The translations under genes were made by a program, and so were the position numbers. A DNA stretch of 64,000 nucleotides from Candidatus Micrarchaeia archaeon (lineage in GTDB: Archaea; Micrarchaeota; Micrarchaeia; Burarchaeales; JACRGF01). Position 1 is the first letter of the stretch; each line of letters begins with the position of its first letter. The notes beneath the pieces are model-generated. The model worked only from the letters and a program-made list of their open reading frames with translations, was not told where the DNA came from and ran no database searches. The stretch lies in assembly GCA_038870455.1 (NCBI GenBank), contig JAWCPB010000001.1, positions 3,734 to 67,733 of the forward strand, written 5' to 3'. Below, in pieces: positions 1-8,959 of the stretch.

Positions 1-387
1 CAGAATGAAGAACTCGCCCGTGAGCGAGACAACGCCCCTTGAAATGTGCGTCGCGAGAGTCCTCGCGCCCCGCCTCTGTCTTTTGTCGTTGTCCGCAAGC
101 AGGCTGAGCGCCGCATGAAGATGCACGAAAGGCTTTCCCTCCTTCAGCGAAACGTTTCCGTGCGCGGCGAGCTCAACCGGCCCCCTGATGGTTTCGGTTT
201 TTGGGTTGAGCCTTTCCGTGCTTGCGGCCGTGATGAGCTCGGCTTCCTTGAGCGCGCCGATTCCCCAAACCGCTCCGGAGCGGATGCCGTGCACGGCGCA
301 CGCCCGGGCGAGCCCTTCGACGAGCTCTTCCCCGGGCTCGAACCTGACGGCGATTAACCTGCCCGTCTTCAGCTTCCTTGACTCCAA
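1..387 (-). CDS. PPC/DUF296-domain protein, N-terminal part (gene runs off window start)
   Basis: Manual minus-strand translation in the ilvH frame is open from about 387 to position 1. It reads ...GRLIAVRFEPGEELVEGLARACAVHGIRSGAVWGIGALKEAELI...PVELAAHGNVSLKEGKPFVHLHAALSLLADND... This matches the DUF296/PPC pattern (GIGAL... then HLH motif). There is no ATG; a TTG at 385-387 is the putative start. It is absent from the ORF track because it is edge-truncated with a non-ATG start. Confidence 0.5.
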   Translation of the reverse strand, partial: MESRKLKTGRLIAVRFEPGEELVEGLARACAVHGIRSGAVWGIGALKEAELITAASTERLNPKTETIRGPVELAAHGNVSLKEGKPFVHLHAALSLLADNDKRQRRGARTLATHISRGVVSLTGEFFIL

Positions 388-402
388 GGGAAATCACTTC
401 CT

Positions 403-912
403 TCAATCGCGCGAAAGCGCGGTGATGCCCGTCCTCACCATCTCTTTTATGCCGAAGGGCCTGATGAGCTCGACGAACGCGTCTATCTTGTCAGCCGGGC
501 CGGTCACCTCGACTATCATCGAGTTCGCGCCCACGTCGATGACCCTTCCCCTGAATATGCTGGTGAAGTTCATGAGCTCGTTTCTCGCGGCGAAGTCCTT
601 CACGTGTATTTTCGCGAGCGCAATCTCCCTCGTCACGGCCTTCTCGGGCTCCATCTCAATGACTTTAATCGTCTCCACGAGCTTGCTGAGCTGCTTGATT
701 ATCTGTTCGACAGTGTGGTCGTCTCCGGTCGTCGTTATCGTCATGCGCGAGAGGCCGGGCTTCTCCGTCTTTCCAACAGTTATCGTGTTCATGTTGAACC
801 CTCTCCTGGAGAACACTCCGGAAATCCTCTGCAGCACGCCGAACTTGTCTTCCACGAGAAGCGACAGTATGTGCTCGTGCGGAGTTCCGTTTCCCTTCGC
901 GTTGCCAGCCAT
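403..912 (-). CDS. ilvH: acetolactate synthase small (regulatory) subunit, ACT domain
   Basis: ACT-domain sequence HILSLLVEDKFGVLQRISGVFSRRGFNMNTITVG..., typical IlvH/IlvN. The ATG at 912 lies 4 nt after the ilvB stop. The longer ORF-track start at 951 would overlap ilvB. Confidence 0.88.
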   Translation of the reverse strand: MAGNAKGNGTPHEHILSLLVEDKFGVLQRISGVFSRRGFNMNTITVGKTEKPGLSRMTITTTGDDHTVEQIIKQLSKLVETIKVIEMEPEKAVTREIALAKIHVKDFAARNELMNFTSIFRGRVIDVGANSMIVEVTGPADKIDAFVELIRPFGIKEMVRTGITALSRD

Positions 913-916
913 CTGC

Positions 917-2650
917 TCACCCCGTCCCAAGCATTTTCTTTGACAGCGCATCCACCTTGCCGCACAGCGGGCTTGGAATCATGCGGTCGTTCCTGCCGCC
1001 TGCCGGCACCATGGGCAGCACATCAATCTCGGGGTCTATGACGATGTCAAGCGCGTATATGACGTCGCTCTCAAGGCCCCGCTTTATGGCTTCCTTGAGC
1101 TCGCTGGGCCTCTCCACCCTCTCCCCGTCCCCGCCGTAGCTCTGGAAGAGCTTTATGAAATCAGGAAGCGGGTGCAGTTTGGTGTGCGAGTACCTCTTTT
1201 CCATGAACAGCTTCTGCCACTGCTTAACCATTCCAAGCCATCCGTTGTTGAGTATGCAGATGACTGTCGGCAATCCGTAATGCACGCTGGTTGCAATCTC
1301 TTGGTTCGTCATCAGCACGCTCCCGTCTCCCGCGATGTCTATAACGTGCATATCCGGCCGCGCGGCCTTCACCCCGATGGAAGCGGGCAGGCCGAAGCCC
1401 ATCGTGCCGAGGCCTCCGCTGGAAATGAAGCGCCTCGGCTCCCTCGCCTCCGTGAAGTGCATGGCCCACATCTGGTTCTGCCCCACCTCAGTGACGAAAA
1501 TCGTCTTTTCCCTGGGAGTGTGCAGGTTCAGCTCCTTGATCACTCTCGCAGGATGCAGCGGGGCATTCTCCAGCGCGCCGTAGTTGCAGTTGCAGGCTTC
1601 CTTGAGTTCCCTGCACCTCCTGCTCCACTCGCTTTCCTTCTTCCTGGTCTTTTCCAGTCCAGCGAGTATTGCCGCGAGCGCCTTTTTCGCATCCGCCTGA
1701 ATGGGCACATCGGGCCTCACGTTCTTTCCAATCTCGGCCGCGTCAATGTCGATATGAATTATTTTCGCGTGCGGGGCGAAGTGCTTGATGTCCGCAGTCA
1801 CCCTATCGTCGAACCTGCACCCGACTGCCAGCACGACATCGGCTAGAGTGAGCGCGGTGTTCGCCCCAATCCTCCCATGCATTCCCACGGGCCCCAGGCA
1901 CAGAGGGTGAGTGTCGTCCACCACTCCCTTGGCCATGAGCGTGTAGACAACGGGTGCAAACAGGATCTCGCTGAGCCTCGCCACTTCCTTGTGCGCGCCC
2001 GAGATGATGACTCCCCCTCCGGCAAGTATGACCGGCTTCTCTGCAGAAATCAGCACCTCCACCGCCTTCTTCACCTGAACAGGATGCGGCTCGTACTTCG
2101 GCTGGTAGCCCGGAATGGTGATGGTCTCTGGGTACTCGAACTCAATTTCTGCATTCTGAACGTCTTTAGGCAGGTCAATCGCCACCGGCCCCGGCCTTCC
2201 GGCTGTCGCTATGGTGAAGGCCATCTTCATTATTTTCGGCAGCTCCTCCGGATTCATGACCTTGAAGTTGTGCTTCGTGATGGGCATGGTTATCCCGAAC
2301 ACATCGGCTTCCTGGAACGCGTCGTTGCCGATCAGGCTTCGGATGACCTGTCCTGTCATGGCTACGACCGGCACGCTATCCATGTACGCGTCCGCCAGGC
2401 CGGTAGTCAAATTCGTTGCGCCTGGCCCGCTTGTCGCCACGCACACCCCGACTTTTCCGCTAGCTCTTGCATAACCCTCTGCGGCATGCGCCGCCCCCTG
2501 CTCATGCCTCACGAGATAATGCGTGAGCTCCGGATAGTCGAGGAGCGCGTCGTAAAAAGGCATGATGGCTCCTCCCGGAAGCCCGAACATGTGCTTGACC
2601 TTTTCTCTCTTCAAGGCCTCGCAAATGGCCTTCGCTCCCTTCATCCTCAC
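917..2650 (-). CDS. ilvB: acetolactate synthase large subunit (TPP-dependent)
   Basis: 577 aa. N-terminus KAICEALKREKVKHMFGLPGGAIMPFYDALL, plus the TPP-binding GDG...N region and FAD region. Operon with ilvH. Confidence 0.93.
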   Translation of the reverse strand: MRMKGAKAICEALKREKVKHMFGLPGGAIMPFYDALLDYPELTHYLVRHEQGAAHAAEGYARASGKVGVCVATSGPGATNLTTGLADAYMDSVPVVAMTGQVIRSLIGNDAFQEADVFGITMPITKHNFKVMNPEELPKIMKMAFTIATAGRPGPVAIDLPKDVQNAEIEFEYPETITIPGYQPKYEPHPVQVKKAVEVLISAEKPVILAGGGVIISGAHKEVARLSEILFAPVVYTLMAKGVVDDTHPLCLGPVGMHGRIGANTALTLADVVLAVGCRFDDRVTADIKHFAPHAKIIHIDIDAAEIGKNVRPDVPIQADAKKALAAILAGLEKTRKKESEWSRRCRELKEACNCNYGALENAPLHPARVIKELNLHTPREKTIFVTEVGQNQMWAMHFTEAREPRRFISSGGLGTMGFGLPASIGVKAARPDMHVIDIAGDGSVLMTNQEIATSVHYGLPTVICILNNGWLGMVKQWQKLFMEKRYSHTKLHPLPDFIKLFQSYGGDGERVERPSELKEAIKRGLESDVIYALDIVIDPEIDVLPMVPAGGRNDRMIPSPLCGKVDALSKKMLGTG

Positions 2651-2846
2651 GGCTTACACCTCTCATGCAAGTTTTTTATCCTCTTTTGTCTGCTCATGTT
2701 TTTGCACCTCGCAGCTCAAGCCAGAATAGCGCGGCTTGAGCTCACCTAAGAACGACTACGCTGACAAGAAGAGAAACAGCCCTTTGCTCCGCGTAGTCAA
2801 ACAACATGCTTACCCGCCAATATTGTGGCCAAACGAATTTAAAAAC

Positions 2847-3704
2847 CTAACGAGGCGCTCGCGCGATAATGATACGCTCTTTTAAATCAACTTTCTTCCC
2901 AGCGAAATCAATCCACCTCACCGTTGCTTCCAAGGCGTCATTCGTTTCTTTTTTCACAAAAACGCGCGCGTCTATTCCTGCCTCCAAAGCCTCCAGCGCT
3001 TCCTTCCTCTCGTCATCCGAGATTTGCGTGACCAGCCACACGTTCCTCCCATCGTGCTCTAGCCTCCCCAGAACAGCTCGCTTGCCGCATTGGTAATCCA
3101 CCAAATAAGTACCTCTGTACTCGACTTCGTCATCGTGATTTGCCACAACCCGAACTTCTGCGAGTACCGGCGGAATGTCTTTGAGCTTTGTCAGCTCATC
3201 AAGTTTTTTCCCAAATCTAGTTTCAAGCAGTTCATCGATTTTATTCGCGTCCACGCCGGGTTTTCCGCAAATCTTTTCTAGCGACATTATCGCCGCGCGC
3301 CTGCAAACATACTGGCTGTCACCCTCCATCGCCTCCACCAGCACCAAAATCTCGTCCGCTCCGCCAAGCAGGCCCAGCGCCTCAAGGCAGTTGTGCCTCA
3401 CAATCCAATCCGTATCGCTAATTGCCTTTTCCCCTAGTACCCCAAGAACATTCTTAGAAGAATAGCCAATTTCCCCAAGCATCATGGCCGCGAGGTCCCT
3501 GTTCTCATCCCCGCGCTTGAGCGCCTGCACGAGCTTTTCGATTTCCTCGGCGGCATTGCCTTCAAGCAGCCTGCGCTTGATTGCATCACGACGCGCTTTA
3601 TAACCAGACAGCAACTTCTTTCTTTCAGGACTAGCTTCGGCGTAAAGATTCCGCCGGCTGCCTGCCACTCTTCCCATAAGTCCAGTTGATAGGCATTCAA
3701 ACAA
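2847..3704 (-). CDS. HEAT/PBS-lyase repeat protein, hypothetical
   Basis: Repeated ...LGEIG...A...ALGLLG... HEAT-like units. No catalytic motifs. Confidence 0.55.
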   Translation of the reverse strand: MFECLSTGLMGRVAGSRRNLYAEASPERKKLLSGYKARRDAIKRRLLEGNAAEEIEKLVQALKRGDENRDLAAMMLGEIGYSSKNVLGVLGEKAISDTDWIVRHNCLEALGLLGGADEILVLVEAMEGDSQYVCRRAAIMSLEKICGKPGVDANKIDELLETRFGKKLDELTKLKDIPPVLAEVRVVANHDDEVEYRGTYLVDYQCGKRAVLGRLEHDGRNVWLVTQISDDERKEALEALEAGIDARVFVKKETNDALEATVRWIDFAGKKVDLKERIIIARAPR

Positions 3705-3716
3705 ATAAATAGCTTT

Positions 3717-4037
3717 CTACTTCGCGGGCCTTTCCTCGAGTTTTTTCCTGAACCCGTTGAATTCCTGAAGTAGCTTCGCGTACTCTTTTTCGGGAATCGC
3801 GTCCGCCCTGAGCACGAGCGAGCTTTCACCGCCTGAGACAAAGTTCTCGATGAGCGCCACACCCGGCTTTCCCGCCTTCTCCTTCTCCAGCAGCTTCCTG
3901 TGCATCTCTCCCACAACCCTCTCCAAATCAACAATCAGCTCGGTGAAGCTCTCGTGCAGGTCCTCCAAATCTTTTGCTTGTTTCTCAAGCCTCGCGATCT
4001 CCTCCTTCAGCCTCCGCTTTAGCAGCGTGCGCTTCAT
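3717..4037 (-). CDS. small coiled-coil protein, hypothetical
   Basis: 106 aa, charged heptad-rich (RLEKQAKDLEDLHESFTELIVDLERV). Tightly packed between neighbours on the same strand. Confidence 0.5.
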   Translation of the reverse strand: MKRTLLKRRLKEEIARLEKQAKDLEDLHESFTELIVDLERVVGEMHRKLLEKEKAGKPGVALIENFVSGGESSLVLRADAIPEKEYAKLLQEFNGFRKKLEERPAK

Positions 4038-4046
4038 TTTCTCGCC

Positions 4047-5345
4047 TCACCTCGGCTTGAGGCGGCCCCACTTGGCGAGCGCGCGAGCGAGCTCGGGATG
4101 CCTTTTTGCCTTTTCCTCAAGGCTCTCTCCTTCCATCACCGCCTCGATGGCTTGCCTGAGCGCCTTCGCGCCAGCGCGCGTGCCATCGGGGTGGCCGTGA
4201 ATTCCTCCGCCTGCCTGAATGATTATGTCGCTTCCGAAAATTGACATCACGTCCGGCACAAGGCCCGGGTGCAGCCCTCCTGAAGAGACGGGAAACACGG
4301 GCTTGAGGCCGAACCAGTCCTGCGAGAGGTTGAGCGGGAGACTTTCATCCACCTTCTGCTTTGTAATCACTTCCTGAATTCGCTTTACTTCCTCCCTCGT
4401 TCCCACGAGCTTTCCCACGGCTGTCCCTATGTGAAGCTGGTCGACTCCAACAAGCCTGAGGAGCTTTGCCAGGCAAAGCATGCTCACCCCGTGCTTCGGG
4501 TTTCTCGTGAAAGCCGCGTGCATGGCCCTGTGCGCGTGAATGGCCAGCCCATAATCCTGGCAGGCTTCGCGCGCTGTCTGGAGTCCGGCAAAGCCGGCCG
4601 TCACCACATCCACCATGGCGTATTCCCATCCCAAGTCATACAAGAGTTTTGCCCTCTTCAGCATTTCCTTTGTTTCCGCAGTGATGTTGAGGAGCGCGCT
4701 CTTTCGCTCTCCCGTCTCCCTCTCCGCCCTCGCCCTCATCTTCGCGCACAGCCTGACTCTCTCCTCGAACCGGTTGAACTCCAGCGAAGTCAGGTTTTCA
4801 TCGTCCTTGACCAAGTCTATCCCGCCAGCCCAAGCCTCGTATGCAACCTCAGCGTGTTCTTTCGCCGAAAAGCCGACTTTAGGCTTTGGGACTGTCGCCG
4901 TAATGGATCTCTTCGGCTCCCTGAAAATCCTTCTTACTCCGGCTATGCCGAACTGCGGTCCTCTGAAGGCCCGCACATATTCTTTCGGCAGCGTGATGTC
5001 AATGAGCCTGAGATTGGCGAGCGCCTTCATCCCGAAAATGTTTCCGGCCACCCCGCTCAAGAGCTGCGGCGCGTTTCCTTTTTCCCAAAGCTCAAGCGGA
5101 TAACACAGTTTCGCAAGGCTTCCCTTCACCTCGAAAGCCATGCCCTTGAGCCTCTTTATTCTGGGCGGCAGCCGCGCGAGCGTAGTCCAGGTCCCCACCG
5201 AGCTCTCGGAAGCCATCCTGCCGAGCGCCTCGTCGCGCGCGATGCCTTCGGCCGGCTCGAAGTAAAAGAGCGCAACTAGGTCGCTTTTCGCCGGCCTTTC
5301 CCCAAAATCAACGAATTCCTCGTACCACTCGATTTTTCCTGCCAC
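4047..5345 (-). CDS. rbcL: ribulose-1,5-bisphosphate carboxylase/oxygenase large subunit, archaeal form III
   Basis: 432 aa. Carries the KPKVGFSAKEHAEVAYEAWAGGIDLVKDDENL catalytic-lysine region and the GGGIHGHPDG loop-6/C-terminal motifs of RbcL. There is no small subunit, and the length fits form III. Confidence 0.9.
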   Translation of the reverse strand: MAGKIEWYEEFVDFGERPAKSDLVALFYFEPAEGIARDEALGRMASESSVGTWTTLARLPPRIKRLKGMAFEVKGSLAKLCYPLELWEKGNAPQLLSGVAGNIFGMKALANLRLIDITLPKEYVRAFRGPQFGIAGVRRIFREPKRSITATVPKPKVGFSAKEHAEVAYEAWAGGIDLVKDDENLTSLEFNRFEERVRLCAKMRARAERETGERKSALLNITAETKEMLKRAKLLYDLGWEYAMVDVVTAGFAGLQTAREACQDYGLAIHAHRAMHAAFTRNPKHGVSMLCLAKLLRLVGVDQLHIGTAVGKLVGTREEVKRIQEVITKQKVDESLPLNLSQDWFGLKPVFPVSSGGLHPGLVPDVMSIFGSDIIIQAGGGIHGHPDGTRAGAKALRQAIEAVMEGESLEEKAKRHPELARALAKWGRLKPR

Positions 5346-5367
5346 GCGCCTGTTTCTCCCGCGTGGT

Positions 5368-6039
5368 TTAAAGGCTTTCTGTGGAGAGAAACCGGAGGAT
5401 CTTTTTTCTTTCTCCCAAGCCCCTCACGAGCAGGTCCGCTCCCGCCCTCGCCAGCTTCACCCTCGGCTCAAATCCTGTGGCAACCCCGATCACACACATT
5501 CCTGCGTTTCTCGCCGCCTTTATCCCGATGGCTGAATCCTCAATCACAGTGCATGCGCTCGGCTTGGCACCGAGCCGCCTCGCAGTCCTCAGCAGGAGGT
5601 CTGGCGATGGCTTCGGCCTATCGCCGGCCTCTGTGGTGGTGACGGCGTCAAAGAACGCGGTGAGGCCATAGTGTCTGAGGAAAGCCTTTACGAGCGCAAG
5701 CCGGTTTGATGTGGCCAGGCCTATGCGCATGCCTGTTTTTCTCAGCGCGCGTAAAAGCGGCCTTGCGCCCGGCGTGAGCTTGTTCCTGCCTGCCATGCGG
5801 GCTTGTATGAGCGTCTTTCTTTTTGCGATGCGCTCGATCACGCTCGCGCTTTTGTTCAGCCCCTTGTAGTCGAAGAATCGTTTTATGAGCAAAAAAGGAC
5901 CTTGTCCCCAGAAACGCCTTATCTCGTCCTTCGTTATCGCATAGCCGGCCTCAGCGAGCGCCTGCTTGTATGCGGCAATCCCCGCCTCCCGCGTGTCGGC
6001 CAGCACGCCGTCAAAGTCGAAGATGACAGCCTTGGCCAC
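5368..6039 (-). CDS. HAD-superfamily hydrolase (phosphatase/beta-PGM-like)
   Basis: Motif I DFDGVL at the N-terminus. Motif III-IV region ...GIKAARNAGMCVIGVATG. Confidence 0.8.
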   Translation of the reverse strand: MAKAVIFDFDGVLADTREAGIAAYKQALAEAGYAITKDEIRRFWGQGPFLLIKRFFDYKGLNKSASVIERIAKRKTLIQARMAGRNKLTPGARPLLRALRKTGMRIGLATSNRLALVKAFLRHYGLTAFFDAVTTTEAGDRPKPSPDLLLRTARRLGAKPSACTVIEDSAIGIKAARNAGMCVIGVATGFEPRVKLARAGADLLVRGLGERKKILRFLSTESL

Positions 6040-6050
6040 AAAACAGCCCC

Positions 6051-7730
6051 TCAGCCGCCCGTTTCTTCCACATAAATCGGCGTGCGCGTTAGGGTGAGCT
6101 TGGCCACGCGGAACTGCGTGGGAATCTCATAGCTCTCGTTGCCGAAGACGCTGCTCACGCGCAGGGCCGCGGAGTCGCTCGTGAAATTCACTCTCTTGGG
6201 CTCGCTGCTCCAGAAGACATACACGGGCGCGGGCTTGCCCGGCACAACAAACTTGTACGCGCGCACCCCAGGCCCGTAATCGGGCATTTCAATGGAGGTA
6301 AAGCGGTCAATCTGGCTTATCAGGAATTTGAGCGCATAGAAGGCGGGCCTCTTTCTACCGTCGTACCTGACGAGCGCGTAGGAATTCTCTTCTTCTGAAA
6401 GGGCGGGCCCTTCCTTTAGGCGCGCGTAGAAAATCTTCTGGGCCCCGTTGGCGAGCGCGAACACATAACTCCTGACGAGCACCGCGGCCTGCTCCTCCTC
6501 GCTCAGGCTCTCCACGCCAGCCCCATACCGGTCGTGAGTGAAATTGCCTGTCGGATAGGCGACTTCGGTCAGCCAGACCGTCTTGTCAAGGTTGTTCCTG
6601 GCAAGAACGTTCTTGAACGCGAGCAGATTCACGCCCTCACCGGCGTTGTTGGCGTGCAGCGAGGCGATGTAGAAGAAGTCTTTTGCACCGTACTGAAGCG
6701 TGTATTCAAAGAAATTGATTGTCGGAACATCCAGATCGGGCAGCCCGCCGTAGAGAACCTCGCAGTCCGGGCACGCGGCCTTCACAGCAGAGTAGGTGGC
6801 CCTGAGCAGGCTCGCGTACTCGAACGATGTCCCCTTGAAGTAAGGCGTGTTCCCGCTTCCAAGCGACGGCCTGTCCATCACTTCCCAGTGCTTGATGGGC
6901 TGGCGAAGGCCGGGCATGTCCTCCACGCCGTCTCCATCGTACCTCTCCACGAGCGCTCTGGCAAACTTTTCATACCTCTGGATGTTGCACGGCGCGCACC
7001 TGAACAGCGACAGCGAGCCGATTCCCTGGAACCTGCACTCGTTTCCATGGCAGGACAGCTGGTCCCAGTTGTTGAAAGGCCAGATTATGGCCTGTATGGA
7101 TAGGTTGTTGGCCTGCGAGCGGGCAACATACGCGTCGGTGAGGTTGAAGTCATAGCTTCCGTTGTTCGCTTCGACGATGTTCCAGTCAAACGGCCCTGTC
7201 ACGGGCCTGTTCCATCCCACTCCCAGCTCTGCGGCCGCGGAATAGTCGTTGTCGGCACCCACCACCCCAAAGTACGAAGAGGAAGAAGGTGGGGGCGGGC
7301 TGACAGTGATGTTAGTGACGTTCTGAGTTGCGTTAGCAGGCGCGGCGCAGTCGGCAGGGCACGCGCTCGCGTCCTCGCCAGCCTCGCATGCACCGTTTCC
7401 GCAGCAGCCGCTTCGCGTCTTCACCTCGCACGCGCCGGCTTCGCAGGTCTTGTACTGGCATGCGGTGATGTTGCCCGAGCAGCCCGCCTGCTCCCCGCTC
7501 AAGGGAGTGTGCGCGCAGGAGTAGTTGGTCTGCGCCGAGCAGTAGTCGCTCGTGCACGGGTTTGCGTCATCGCACGAGGGAGGGCACATTCTTGAAGGGG
7601 GCACGGGACACTGTGAGGCGTTTTCCACCAGCGTGCCGTCCGGGCACTGGAACTTAGGGGGAGCAAGGCAGCCCAGCAGAAACAGGGAAAATGCTGCCAA
7701 CGCGATTAACGCAAGCCTCTTCATTCCCAC
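6051..7730 (-). CDS. secreted Cys-rich glycoprotein with TIM-barrel glycoside-hydrolase-like C-terminal domain
   Basis: N-terminal signal/lipobox-like FLLGC, followed by ~100 aa with >25 Cys (CxxGxC units). Many N-x-S/T sequons. The C-terminal 400 aa resemble GH-type (beta-glycosidase/cellulase-like) TIM barrels (...WLTEVAYPTG...). The family call is tentative. Confidence 0.55.
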   Translation of the reverse strand: MGMKRLALIALAAFSLFLLGCLAPPKFQCPDGTLVENASQCPVPPSRMCPPSCDDANPCTSDYCSAQTNYSCAHTPLSGEQAGCSGNITACQYKTCEAGACEVKTRSGCCGNGACEAGEDASACPADCAAPANATQNVTNITVSPPPPSSSSYFGVVGADNDYSAAAELGVGWNRPVTGPFDWNIVEANNGSYDFNLTDAYVARSQANNLSIQAIIWPFNNWDQLSCHGNECRFQGIGSLSLFRCAPCNIQRYEKFARALVERYDGDGVEDMPGLRQPIKHWEVMDRPSLGSGNTPYFKGTSFEYASLLRATYSAVKAACPDCEVLYGGLPDLDVPTINFFEYTLQYGAKDFFYIASLHANNAGEGVNLLAFKNVLARNNLDKTVWLTEVAYPTGNFTHDRYGAGVESLSEEEQAAVLVRSYVFALANGAQKIFYARLKEGPALSEEENSYALVRYDGRKRPAFYALKFLISQIDRFTSIEMPDYGPGVRAYKFVVPGKPAPVYVFWSSEPKRVNFTSDSAALRVSSVFGNESYEIPTQFRVAKLTLTRTPIYVEETGG

Positions 7731-7734
7731 ACGC

Positions 7735-8538
7735 TCACTTTATTCCAAGCTCTGCGGCTCTCCTTGCGGCGGCCTCGAAAGCTTTTGCCAGCGCTTCTCT
7801 GAACTTCGCGCTTTTTAACTCTTTCATTCCCGCCTCGGTCGCGCCGCCCGGTGTGGCCACCTGCGAAATCAACTCCTTCGGAGGCAGGCCCGTTTTCTCC
7901 ACCATCTTTCCGGCCCCGAGGCAGGTCTGGGCGGCCAGCTCAAGCGCGATGTCTTTCGGCAGGCCAGCCCTCTCGCCTGCCTCGGCGAGCGCGCCGACGG
8001 CTTCATAGAAATAGGCCGGCCCGCATCCGCTCAACGCAGTCACCGCATCCAACAGTTCTTCCTTCACGCGCACGATTTTTCCCACAGAGCCGAAGAGGCA
8101 CTCGACAACCGCGGCGTCCTTCTCGCCCGCCGTTTTTCCGAGCGCGTAGGCGCTCGCGCCCTCGCCCACGAGGCAAGGGGCGTTTGGCATGACCCTCGCA
8201 ACCCGCGCTCCGGGAAGCTTGGCTTCGACGAAGCTGATGGAAACGCCCGCGGCTATGGAAATAACGAGCTTGCCCGCCGCCCGCCCGGCAATTTCCTCGA
8301 GGACAGCCGGCACGGCCTGCGGCTTGACGCACACGAGAACCACATCGCTTTTTTGCAAGACTTCGTTGTTGTTCCCCGCAGCCTTCACGCCCAGCTCTTT
8401 CGCCAGCGCGGCCGCCTTTCCGCCGCTGGCATCACTCACGATTATCCGTCTCGGGTCAACCGCCTTTGCCGCGAGAAGGCCCTTGACCAGCGCGCTGCCC
8501 ATCTTTCCGGCGCCGATGAAGCCGATGGTTTCCTTCAA
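7735..8538 (-). CDS. proC: pyrroline-5-carboxylate reductase
   Basis: GFIGAGKMGSALVKGL Rossmann motif plus P5CR C-terminal dimerisation domain (...ATPGGATEAG...). Confidence 0.9.
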   Translation of the reverse strand: MKETIGFIGAGKMGSALVKGLLAAKAVDPRRIIVSDASGGKAAALAKELGVKAAGNNNEVLQKSDVVLVCVKPQAVPAVLEEIAGRAAGKLVISIAAGVSISFVEAKLPGARVARVMPNAPCLVGEGASAYALGKTAGEKDAAVVECLFGSVGKIVRVKEELLDAVTALSGCGPAYFYEAVGALAEAGERAGLPKDIALELAAQTCLGAGKMVEKTGLPPKELISQVATPGGATEAGMKELKSAKFREALAKAFEAAARRAAELGIK

Positions 8539-8548
8539 TGCCAGGCAA

Positions 8549-8916
8549 TCACCTTATGCACGCATAGCTTGCCGGCGAAGAGCCTAGGGGAGCGACGACC
8601 TCTGCTTTGACGGCCTGCGTTTCTCCGGGAAACAGCAGCTTGCTGCACACGAGCTTTTCGGCGAGCACTTCCGCGCTTTTTCCGACCGCCTGCACTCTCG
8701 CGCACCCGCTGGCCAGCATGCCCCCTTCGTTCTTGAAACTCACGTCAAGCCTCAGCACTGTGGAAAAGCCGCTTTGCTCAAAAGAAGGATTTGAGCAGGC
8801 GAAGGTCACTCTCGAAGAGCCCGTGAAAGCGGCGGCCACTGGCGGAGGCTGCGCCACGCAAGCTGCCAGAAAAGCCACCATCACAACCGCCAACCCCACC
8901 CCGCCTCGCGCCATAA
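8549..8916 (-). CDS. small secreted/lipoprotein-like protein, hypothetical
   Basis: The internal start MARGGVGLAVVMVAFLAACVAQ gives a signal peptide with a lipobox-like AAC. The longer ORF-track N-terminus would overlap the proS start, so it was shortened. Confidence 0.45.
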
Positions 8917-8959
8917 TCCCATCCAACCAATTTAAACCTTTTCGAATATAAAAGCATGC

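Noticed and set aside
188-943. 251-aa plus-strand ORF
   Set aside because: It is antisense to ilvH and the PPC gene. It is Ser/Leu-rich and low-complexity, the typical shadow ORF of a GC-rich coding strand.
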